In this document: positions 11,901 to 22,309 of the stretch, one piece after another | How the letters are laid out: each line of letters opens with the position of its first letter | How positions within the stretch are numbered: the stretch's first letter is position 1 | Source: Amphiscolops sp. MND2022 | Taxonomy: Eukaryota | Length of the DNA: 64,000 nt | NCBI GenBank assembly: GCA_964187785.1 | Contig: OZ076409.1 | Span: 9,488,001-9,552,000 of the forward strand | Direction of reading: 5' to 3' | Position numbers and translations under genes: made by a program | Notes under the pieces: generated by a model | Database searches by the model: none | What the model saw: only the letters and a program-made list of their open reading frames with translations | What the model was told of the DNA's origin: nothing

Positions 11901-13446
11901 CCCACTTGGACTGTGTTGCGATGAGTTGCCGCAGCTGGGTGGGCTCTTTCGAAGCAGGACAGGAGTCGGATCATTGGACGTGAAGTCTCTGGGTCTGTCA
12001 GATGTCAGTCGGGCAATTGTGGATGTGTCCGGATCAGTGCTGGGGGGTACAGACATTCACGTGGTACTGAACAATTTACAGAAACGTCTCAAAGGATACG
12101 TGAAAGATCCTCTGTTGCTAGGATGCCCTCAACTTCTGCAAGTACGTAGTATATTAGAGAATTGGTTGATGTAATAATTTTAGTGTTGTGCAGGTGTGTA
12201 GGCGTGATGTAATTGTTTGATTTTATCGAATTGATTGGGATGGTATTATTTACATTTTAGGCGATTCTTACCGGCGAGGTGTACATTTGGACCCTGGCCG
12301 ATGTGTGCGAGGGGTTACGGACGAACTGGTCTGACATCTTATGCTTGCTACGCTTCGCTAGTGGTGAAGGGCCTTTGGATGCCTTAGACTTGACACTACG
12401 TGCTGAGATCGGCATTCCGATTAGACTCCGTGTTCTTGGTCTTGTGTACCGTGCTTGTTAGTAATACTTTAGTTCTGTAAGTTACGGGGGGGTTTTGGTT
12501 TTTTTGTTGAGATCGAGTTGGAAGCTATACGGTTGTGGGTGTAATGTTAAACCTGGTTGTTTCTTGTGATAATTGTGATTCGTGTTTTTCAGTGATCAGC
12601 TCCTACGAGAAGAGTTTTGGGTCTTCGACGTTGCGCGCGTGCTACTGGGCAATTGAGAGTGCTGCCTTTGTGAAGTCACTGATGATGATGCTAGTAGAGG
12701 AAGAAAAGCTACCATCGGAATTGGACATTCGTGGATGGCTCTTTCTGAATGTGGAAAGCTATGAAATCTCAGAAGTGAAACATCAGGTGTTGCTGGACGG
12801 ATTTCGTTGTGTGGACGATCAAGGCTCGAATGCCGCTCTATATGAAGAGGATTTGTCACTTGTTCCGGTTTTCATTCTAACCGTTGTGAAGACTGTTATT
12901 AATCTGCCAGGTGTGCGAGACGATCTGTCGTTTGTGCGCAGTGTTTTCAGTATGCCCTGTCTGAGTTTTGTTGCAGAGGACGTCCTATTAGACGAGATCA
13001 GGATTTTCACTGATGTGCTTGTGGATCTGGGTCGGATCACCCGTGCGGAGCAGGGTCGGATGGAACGTGGCTTTCTGGATTTCCTTGTCAATATCCGACG
13101 TGACCCGGGACTAGCAGGACGTACAGAGGGTTGTTCTGTCATCGATCTTCTTCGCCATTGTTCTAGTGGTGGCGCTCAGAATCTGCTTCGCAGTGTTTTA
13201 TGCCTACATGGAGGAGTTCAGAGCAGAAGCAGTCTTTGCTGCGATGGATTTGGGCAGTTAAGTAGCGATGTCACGAGTTGTGTTTGTGCTGTGATTTTGG
13301 CCTATTTGTCTGCTAATCATATCCAAAGTTATGACAGTGTGAGCGGCCCTTTGTTAGAGGAAGTGACTGAGTCACATCGACGATTGGTCAATTTGGCGGA
13401 GCTGGACGAGGGTATGTTGTGGGACGACATCGGAATTGTGGCCTGA
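8987..13446 (+). CDS. Multi-exon antisense accessory gene of element B: low-complexity N-terminus, BED zinc finger and degenerate hAT-transposase-like body (about 1010 aa or more)
   Basis: Exons 8987-9146, 9217-9339, 9644-10297, 10970-11529, 11656-12141, 12261-12456 and 12593-13446. All six introns are GT..AG and phase-compatible (1,1,1,0,0,1); total 3033 nt = 1011 codons. Zinc finger CLMCKRDVKVGSRGITTFMEHCRGLGHH. The first exon is unresolved (candidate ATG 8858 with a damaged donor near 8910). The frame continues past TGA 13446 to TAA 13530. Confidence 0.8.
10405..10827 (-). repeat. Intronic array of the element-B motif (CATC-N7-CATC on plus strand), about 70-bp period
   Basis: Starts at 10405 (variant), 10465, 10535, 10605, 10674, 10745 and 10813. 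Confidence 0.88.
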
Positions 13447-13838
13447 GAAGATTATCGTCTCCAATTGTATGCGAAGCTAGGATACACGCTTAGTGGGGAA
13501 CGAGCTGCCAGTCCGGAGATCGGCAATTAATGATTGAGATCCAACTGTAAACTCCGTTGTTTGAAACTTTTGTTTTGCTTTGCTCGATTTTATATTATAG
13601 TTAGTATTTTGTTATCATAATGGGTTGCCAAGAGAAATGAGAATACTGGGAGGGGGGAAAATTAAAAGGCTACGTCGGAAAGTTCGGTAGCTTGTATTTA
13701 CAAGTTAAATGATGTGGCACCCGAATTGTTTTTCTCTTGAGATACTAGTTAGTGATTGAGGTCGTAGGCAGGTTAGGTTTGCGGATCATTAGTTTCTGCT
13801 GTTAGGTCACGTCATTCAGAGTTTCAAATTTCATCTAG

Positions 13839-14221
13839 CATCGTTTTCACATCGTTTTTGCGTTGTCACAATTCTCAGCTAGTCTTTTTGCGGTAATCAT
13901 CGTTATTACATCTCGTGGGAGTGTAGGTGATTCGGTAGCGTTTCATTTTTGATTTCTCATCTCATTTTCATCACGTTTTCCTCGGTCGGCCGAGCGACGT
14001 TGCGAAAACTGATTTCTCATCTTTTTTACATCGTTTGTTATATGCGATTCATTGCATGTTTGTTACATGTGATTTTTCTACATAGTTCATCGTTTTTTCA
14101 TCTTGCCTTTTAATTTTTGCATTTTTGCTAGTTTTTTGGTGTAATTCATCGTTTTTGCATCGCAAGTTTGACTTGGCAAGTTTTTTGCTCGTTTTGCGGT
14201 ATAGTTCATCTTCTTTTCATC
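13839..14221 (-). repeat. Array of the element-B motif (CATC-N7-CATC), about 60-bp period
   Basis: Starts at 13839, 13898, 13958, 14018, 14088, 14147 and 14207. Confidence 0.88.
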
Positions 14222-15150
14222 GTAATTTTGAAGTTTTGTAATTTTGTGCGTTTTCGTGGCTCTGTGACTCTGACGTTTTCGGGAATGTACTTTTCATATG
14301 GTATGTGCATGTTTTACTCATTTTATACTGTCTCAGTATGATTTTCATTCTCTTTTTAATTTTACATGTCGTTTTGGTGTTCGTGGTATTTTCATAATGT
14401 AATCTTTTAATGGGTTACCCCATTATTTGCATGTTGGTTATTTCTTGATTTTGTTCGTCAATTTGGACAGGGCTTTGTCGTCTCAAAGCCCCTACAAAAC
14501 TAACTGAGAATCCACTAGCCGCTGGATAACCAACGCAGCAAGCTTCATCCGAATATGGTTGTGAGCTCCCCGCCTCAACTAACCAGCACTCTTTTCAGAG
14601 AAATGCCAGCCAGCACGAAGGAATGTTTTTGGCTTCTCGATAGGGGTGTTTTGCTTGTTATGAACTGATGTTTGCTGGGGGGTGCTCACTCCTTTATTCG
14701 TTTTGTAGGTGTTTCGTCAGTTCTTATATTTTGCATGTAAGTTATTAGGCTTCATGTATTTTCGATTGTTTGTTTCATTTTTATTCGTCTAGGTTTGGGT
14801 GGCTTTGGTGTGAATTGCATATATTATCTCGTTCGTTTTTAAACGGTACATGTATATTTCCGTGTGTTACTCATTTGTATTGCATGTAGTTTGGAATTTT
14901 CAATTTCTTTCGTGACGTCATTGATTTGGCAGGTCTTTGAACTTTACATGTATTGATCATTTCATTTTTGTGTCGCATAATTCTGTTTGCATGATTCGAA
15001 ATAAAGTCGGTTGTTTTTTATCGTTTCGTGGAGTTACATGTTGTTTGAGAGTTAGCTGATTTATTGTGATGTTATGTTGATGGTGTTTCCCATCGCAAGG
15101 AGGTTTTGGTAAGTCATTTAATATTTTCGAACTTCCATTTAGACTAAATT

Positions 15151-15685
15151 CATCGTTTTGACATCCTCCAGCGAAGCTAGAGTATTGTGTCAGGTTAACG
15201 ATAAATTCGGTCACGATTTGATGGTAGCGTCCATCACAAATTCATCTCGTTAATTGATTTCATGTAATTTATGAATAATTGGATCGAGTTCATCGCTATT
15301 TCATCCTCTAGCCGAGCTAGAGTCTTATGATAGCATGAACGTGAGTGCGTTCGCATTCTGATGGTATTTTCCATCTCAAATGCATCGCTAGTAAATATTG
15401 CATGTTGATTGGTCGAATTTTTGACTGAGTTCATCACTTTTTAATCTCTCGTGTGTCTGAGCTAAATTTTCATGTGATTTCATCCTTTTTTCATCTCAAA
15501 TTTTTGTGTGTTGTTTTTTCTGGTTTTTTGGTCGTTTTTCATCCGTTTTACATCGTGTTTTGTTTTTATGCGTTTTTCATGTGATTTTTAGTAACTCTTC
15601 ATCCATTTTACATCTTCATGTTCATTTTAAATTGAAATTGCATGTAATTGACTCGTTTTTGTGAATTGTTCATCTTTAACACATC
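15151..15685 (-). repeat. Array of the element-B motif (CATC-N7-CATC) just 3' of pol
   Basis: Starts at 15151, 15232, 15291, 15372, 15432 (variant), 15481, 15540, 15600 and 15671. Confidence 0.88.
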
Positions 15686-15713
15686 GTGTGTTTTGAAATG
15701 TTGTTTTTCTTGG

Positions 15714-18700
15714 CTAACTCGTTACGTTTACTTTGTTGGTCTTTCTCAGAGAGTTTCTGGCTGATGTAATCTCATGAATGAGGAAGTCAGGATATTTTTT
15801 CGGTGTAGGGTTTTCGCGTAACCTGTACCTACTTTGATTGTTTCTAGACGGTCTAGAACTCATCCTTTCCTCATCTTCAGTTTGTGTGTTTGTCTGTTGT
15901 GATTGATTTTCGTGTTGTTCGTCTCTCAGAGGTACTCTTATCCTACTTTCATCGCGGGGGGGGCGGTAGAATAATTTCTTCTTGCGTTCCAAATCTAACT
16001 CTAGGTGGTCTAAAGTTGTTGTGGTCAGTTTCTACTTGCTGATAATCTATTCTCGTGGTTACTTCTGGTGGAATTACTTGTGGACTGTGTTGTTCTTGTA
16101 CCTGCGGAATTATTTCTTCTGAAGGCTCTTCTTCGACTAAGTCTTGATCTAGATTGTCATTCTCATTCTGATCTACTTCGTCGGTCGTCGGAATATTCGA
16201 GTCGAAAATGTCCGTGTCTTCAACCCTTTCAGTGTCTGGGTAGAGATGTTTGGACACGTTGATGTCATCAATCGGAAATTCCGGTTTGAACAATCTCAGT
16301 CGCATGCGATGTACGCACTGAGTTTGGTGTGTGCCTACTTTGCGGATGATGTAGTTGCTATCGGATAGCACTTTCATCACCTTGTACGGTCCTTTCCAAT
16401 GGAAAGTTTTAAACTCTTCTTTGCTTCTCTGAGAGTCGTACTTATGATCTAGTAGGAACACAAATTCATTCACCTTCAGTGGCTGTGCTCGTGCTTTTCT
16501 ATCATAGTACGTTTTGTACTTATGATAGGCGGAAATGATGTTATCTAGATTGTCTCTGAAGATGAAGTTCATTTTGTCTAGAATTTCGTTCACGTCCTTG
16601 CACTTTGTTTCAGCCGGTTTGTTTGCGTTTCGGAATTGCAGATCTAGTGGGTTGTATGGTGTTCTTCCGTGGAAAATTTCAGTTGGTGAACATTTCAGTG
16701 AATCATGATACGTTGTGTTATGGGCCATGATTGCTATGTCGACATAGCGGTCCCATTGTGGTCGGTCTGCCTTTACACTAATTTTAAGGATCTTTTTCAG
16801 TTTCGCGTGCGTTCTCTCCACCATGCCTATTGTCTGTGCGTGCTTTATCGTGGCATGGGAGATGTGAATATCAGCCGCTTTCGCGATTTCAGACAGAAGT
16901 TCAGCCGTGAACGCCGTGCCCTTGTCCGTCAGAATGTGCTTGGGCACATACGCGTGTTTCGTGAAGATCGACAGTAATCCTCTGACTACGGAATGTGTAT
17001 CAGGTCTCTTCAGCGGAACGGCGAACAGGTAGCGTGAAAAAACGTCAACAGCCGTCAGAATGTGTGTAAAACCGTTCGACGCCGGGAGTGGACCAACGAT
17101 GTCTATTTCCAACAGGTCTTCTGGTCCGTCGCACGGGTCGTAGATTTTTTGTAACGGTGGACGTAGTTGCGTTTCTTTTACACTTTTAGATTTCATGCAG
17201 TTTTCACATCCGTCAAGGACTTTTTGAACTTTACAGGCTAAGTTAGGAGAGTAATATCTTTTACGAAGTTCGTACAACATTTTCTTTAAACCAGGGTGTC
17301 CTTGTACCGGGCTGTTATGTAGAGTCCTAATTATTTTCAAAATACAGTCTTCAGGAACAACTAACTGCTTGTGAGACTCCAGTCCCGTGTGATCAAAAAA
17401 CTGTCTGTACAAGACACCGTTTACAACTTGTAGGCGTTTTCGATTTTTGTGCAACTTTTGAAAAAACTGATCTTGCATATTAACTGGGTGTTGCAAAATT
17501 TCAGTACCTTCTAAAAATCTAATCATTTTTTGAAAAACCCAGTTATTTTTCTGGACCTGAATTAGATCGATCCCCTCAGCGGGGCTAACCTGACTCATTA
17601 CCGGGTGTGATAATGATACTTTACGGATGAATTGCGAGAGTTGAATTGGCTCGTCCACGTCTGTGAGGCGGTACGTCAGATGGTTGTCAGTCGCGAAGTC
17701 ATCTGAGGCCGCTGTTCTCTCACAGTTGGTGAACTTCATCCCTTTCCCATCGTCATGAGCCACGTCAGTGCCAGTTGCCAATTTCATCTCTTTGACATCC
17801 TTCTGGCGTTTGCATCTGAGTGGTTCGCTCGTGGGAAAGTAATCAGGCTCGTCTTCCTCCTGTTTTGGTGTACGGGAGGCGATGTCGATCTCGATCCTGT
17901 GAATTGGAATAGTATCAGTCAATTTTAAATGTACACGGTCTTCAGGTCTAATCTCAAGCCGAGATAAGTAGTCCGCTGCGGGATTTTCAACTCCTGGAAC
18001 ATGTGCTAATAAAAAATTGAACTGAAGGGTTTGATCGCAAAAATTCCAAAGTGAAGGCGGGATATGCTTCGCCTGAAAAAATCTAGTCAAGGCCTTATTG
18101 TCAGTCATAACAATGATGGGTTTTTTCGCACCCCACAGAATGTGGCCAAATTCATCGAAGGCAAAGTGCATAGCTAAAAACTCTTTGGCATACATTGTTA
18201 GAGACATCTGGCCGCCCTGAAATTTCTTAGAGCCAAATGCAACAGGGGCGTATGTTTGTTTGACTGACGGGTCAGCATAATCCTCAATTAACAAAACATA
18301 GCCGGCAGCGTGTTCGCTGGCGTCACACATGATTACCAATTGTTTATCAGGTAATGGCAATTTCAGAGACACTTTTGTTGCTTTTAACAAACTTTCATTG
18401 ATTTCAAAAATAGCATCTTTATGTTGTTGATTCAGTTTGAAAGGGACGTCCTTCTTGATCAATTCCTGTAAACAACAAGTTTTATCAGCTAGTCGGGGAA
18501 TATAAGACCTGTAAAAGTTTACAAAACCAAGATAACGTTGCAATGCTTTCACTGAGTTGGGGGGTTTTAATTTGGTCAGATAGTCAGTTACTCGTTTCTC
18601 AATGGGAGCAATACCGGTGCTAGAAATGGTTTTTCCCAAGTACTCAATTTGTTTTTGTCCAAATTCACAATTACTTATGCTAAGTTTAAGACCGGCTTTG

Positions 18701-20807
18701 TTCAGCTGCTGAAAAACAAGTTCAAGGTTATTAATCAGTTCGTCAGGGGTGTGTGCTGCAATTCCAATGTCATCAACATATTGAGCACATCGGTCCGCTT
18801 TGACCAAGAGGTCCAAATACTCACGGACTACACTTGTGAATGATGACAAAGAACGGGTAAGACCTTGGGCTAGACGTAAAAAGGCAAAAGTTCTAGAACC
18901 AAAATTAAACGATAACAGTTGGACAGACTGCTCATCGGCCATTGGAATGCAATGGTAGGCCTGGGAACAATCAAGTTTACAGAAATACTTTTTCCCGGCC
19001 ATGTGTTGGGCAGCGTCAGCAATTGTTTTTACAGGATGGTTGTGTTCACCGTAATCGTTTTTGATCATGTGGTTTATTCTTCTCAAGTCAACTAAAATCC
19101 TCAATTTACCATTTGGTTTACGTTGAGCAAATATCGGAGATGAGTATTTGCTATGAGGCAAAGTAGTTATGATCCCGTACTCTTGCATTAAAGCTAACTC
19201 CACGAGCAAATCGTCCTTCAAATTTGTCGGAGTAGGGAGACTTTGTGAATAAACAGGTTCTTCATGTTGGGGTGTTAGCTTAACTTTAAAATCAGTGTTC
19301 ATGCCAATATCAAAACGATGTCTAGCAAAAATGGAGTTGTACTTTACCAGCAACTCCTCTACCTGTAACCGTTGAGACGGAGTAAGAAGCGAGTCGTCCC
19401 AGTTGAAGTTCTTCAGGAAGTTCATCCGTTGTTCATCGGATTGGGACGGGTCAAGCTTCTCGAGCTCTCGTAGTGCCAGAATCTCATCATAGATTCGTCG
19501 CTCAATTGCGTTGAGTTTGTCTGGCTCACTGCACGTCTCGGGAGTTGGGTACCACTTAGTTGACTTCATTTCAGGGTTCACGAACAGTTGGTTGATCACT
19601 GCTTCCGCCTCATCTGGGTACTTGGTGATCAGGTTCAAGTGTTCGACTGGCATGGGTGTGATGTTTGCCGCCTGATGTGGTGTCGGTATGCGAAAGTGTG
19701 CCAGAGTGGTGTTGGCATCAAGTGTGAACGTGTGGTTGTTCGGGTTGGTGACCTGGATTGTCGTCTTGCCCTCGTCTAGGTCAACCAAAGCTGGAGAAAC
19801 AAGCAAACACGTCTTTCGCATGAATCCAGGTGAGCCCTCAACTGTACCAGTTGTAAGTGAGATGTCCGCGTCACTGTGGACCTGTATCATCACTTGATGG
19901 AGAGGAGGGATCACTGTTCTGGTACTGGAACACAAATCAATTAAACCAGTCTTGAATCTGTTGTTCTTTTGCTGTCTAACTTGCATGGACATCATGTGAT
20001 TAGGGAAGTGGACAAGGTGGTTTTTTATGTCTAAATTGACTGAGTACTTTCAAAGAATGACATTCCAATTAAAATTGTGCCCATTGTTGGAAGGATTAGG
20101 AACGTTTCTTCGAAGACTTTTCCAGCAACGTAAAATCTAAGTAAGACTTGCTTACGTACTGGGACTAAGTTCCCGTTTGCTATTTGAATTTTGAAATTCG
20201 GAGGGGGGAGTTCTTGAAGGATGGCTTCTGGATGAGCCGTTGTTATTTTTCGCAATTATGCTTCAGACATTGCACTTTGAATTGCGCCTGTATCTAAAAG
20301 TGCGCTGTTTTCATATTTGTCAAACTGAAGAGGGACGTAAAGCATTTTATCTTTCTTGTTTAAGTGTAAAGTGGGACTGAGAACGTGAATTTCTGTTTTA
20401 ATTACATGTTTTTTAGCTTTTGAAACGTTAATACTACTCTGTTTTGCATGTTTTTTAATACTATGCCGTTTGTCGATTGTTGAGTGTGAAGTCGAGTCGT
20501 CGTCAAGATGGTTGGTTTCCATCTCTTTGGCATCTTCCACCTGCCTCATGGTGTTTTGTTGCCAGTTCATCGTTTGTTCATCGTTGATTTCAGCGAGTGG
20601 AGAAAAGCGGCTGCCGTTGCGTTGACGTGCAATTCCCATCGCTTTTTCATCGTTGGAAAGTCTTCGCTGATAGACGTCGTCAGCTTTTGGTCGTTTGTCC
20701 AGTGAAGGCTGCCATTTCTTCATTGGACGGTTGTGTGTAGTCGGTTGAGTCGAAAGTCGTTTGTCGCGCGTTGTATTTCTAGCGGGCGGAAACCGTGGCT
20801 GAATCAA
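15714..20807 (-). pseudogene. pol: Pol polyprotein of element B (protease, RT, RNase H, integrase) with three lesions
   Basis: LLDTGA protease; RT motifs KLDCSQAY and YVDD; RNase H CDAS...EFLA...TDN; integrase H-H-C-C, DIVGP..TDKG..VER and WKGPY. In-frame TAA at 20256-20258, a frameshift near 20045 and another in the G-run near 15960. Confidence 0.95.
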
Positions 20808-22309
20808 AAACCCTGGTTAATGTCTTCATCAGAGTAGCTTAGTTGTTCGTCGTCCTCAGTAATTGCTTGCATTGGATTCATCAGCTTTTGCTGTCGTTTT
20901 AAATCTTGTCGTCTAGCCTTGTTGTCGTCCTGTGAATTTGTTGTGTATGGAATCTTTCCATATGCAGAGCTGCTTTCCTTGGGAATGCGTCGCCTGCAGT
21001 CTCTTGCAGAGTGGCCGGTGTATCCACAAATCTGGCAAACCAGCTTGGGATTGTACTTCGGTTTGTCTGTGTCGGTTGCTTTCTTCATCGGAATTGCATC
21101 TTCTTTCTTAATGCCGTTTGCTTCGTCACGTTGTCGGGCGCGGCATTCTGTTTTGCGGTGACCTGTCTTTCCGCAGTAGAAGCATTGTCCCTCAAATCGT
21201 TTTCGTTCTGTCGGTTGTGTTGTCGTCGTTGTTGCTGGTTTAATCGTTGTGTTGGTCGTTGGGACCGAGGATGTGACCGCGTTAAATGGTTGAATTGTCG
21301 TAGGTGGCGCAACGTACTGTTGGTACTGGTACTTTCTCATCAAGTATGTCTTGATTTCTTCTGGTGAGCTCTCCTCCTTATTGGCCATCGTAAGTTCTTG
21401 TTGTATTTCGACTGGGAGTTTACCGAACAAGAACATTTTGATGATTTTATCCGCTTCTTCCCCAAATGCTTGTTTCGCAGTCTTTTTCAAGTTTTTGAGG
21501 AAGTCGCTGAATGTTTCTGTGGTGGGATCGTAACGGGCTTGATCCCATTTGTAGCGAGCTACTTCTTTAAGGTCCTCTTTCGCGAATTCTTTCCTGAAGA
21601 GGTCGAGCACATCTGTCAGTGTTGCTAGTGGCGTTATCTGGATGGATTGCCAGTATTCTATTGCATCATCTCTCAAAAGGCTTTGAAAGAAGTGGAGTTT
21701 GTTCTCTTCGGTGATTTTGTTGGCGAGCGGGCTAAGGTGGTTGAGGAGAAGGTGCTCGAATTCCACGAATTTGTCTTTTTGGCCTCTGAAATTTGGGACG
21801 TGTGTCTGTAGTAATTTCGTGTTGGTGGTGGTGCTTTTGATTCGTTGGGGGATCGTCTCGATTGCATTGAGTAGTCGTTCCTCATTGCTTCTAGGAGTTG
21901 ATTCACCTTCTTCGTCCGAGTCGTCTTCCTGGTATCGCCTGAAGTTTGTGAAGCTGGATGTCGGGCTGGTGGAGCGGGTTTCTGTAACTCCTGTCACCAT
22001 GTCGAGCCCTACTCTGTGGGTCGGCTTTGAAGAACTTTGCGATGTTGAAGGTAAGTTATTTTCATCATTTTTACTAATAACTGCCATCAATAAGTTCTTC
22101 AGTTGACTAAATTCGCTTTGTAACTCATTTATCTTCTTCTCATAGTTCTCTTTTATTTCAGACAATTGGGACGAGATATCTGAAGGTTCGTTATTGTCAG
22201 AGTCATTGGCGGACGATTGAGCCATGTCTGGATCTATTGGAGAAGATGTTCCTGACGAGGAATGTATAACTCTACCGCTTCTAAGTTCAGTGCCTTGGTC
22301 CGGATTCAT
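20804..22309 (-). CDS. gag: Gag of element B (501 aa) with two CCHC zinc knuckles
   Basis: Capsid-like region VPNFRGQKDKFVEFE...LRDDAIEYW; knuckles CFYCGKTGHRKTEC and CQICGYTGHSARDC; ends on a GGGTTTT slippery heptamer. Confidence 0.95.
   Translation of the reverse strand: MNPDQGTELRSGRVIHSSSGTSSPIDPDMAQSSANDSDNNEPSDISSQLSEIKENYEKKINELQSEFSQLKNLLMAVISKNDENNLPSTSQSSSKPTHRVGLDMVTGVTETRSTSPTSSFTNFRRYQEDDSDEEGESTPRSNEERLLNAIETIPQRIKSTTTNTKLLQTHVPNFRGQKDKFVEFEHLLLNHLSPLANKITEENKLHFFQSLLRDDAIEYWQSIQITPLATLTDVLDLFRKEFAKEDLKEVARYKWDQARYDPTTETFSDFLKNLKKTAKQAFGEEADKIIKMFLFGKLPVEIQQELTMANKEESSPEEIKTYLMRKYQYQQYVAPPTTIQPFNAVTSSVPTTNTTIKPATTTTTQPTERKRFEGQCFYCGKTGHRKTECRARQRDEANGIKKEDAIPMKKATDTDKPKYNPKLVCQICGYTGHSARDCRRRIPKESSSAYGKIPYTTNSQDDNKARRQDLKRQQKLMNPMQAITEDDEQLSYSDEDINQGF
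21986..21999 (-). promoter_or_regulatory. Primer-binding site of element B
   Basis: TGGTGACAGGAGTT immediately follows the LTR end ...CTCGACA. It resembles the complement of a tRNA-Leu 3' end; isoacceptor not certain. Confidence 0.8.

Noticed and set aside
8987..13446. Independent active hAT transposon nested in element B
   Set aside because: No TIRs or 8-bp TSD were found, the catalytic DDE pattern appears lost, the intron carries B's motif, and a homologous gene occupies the same position in element A.
16068..22106. Plus-strand ORFs overlapping gag and pol of element B
   Set aside because: Antisense shadows of a long coding frame with no independent motifs.
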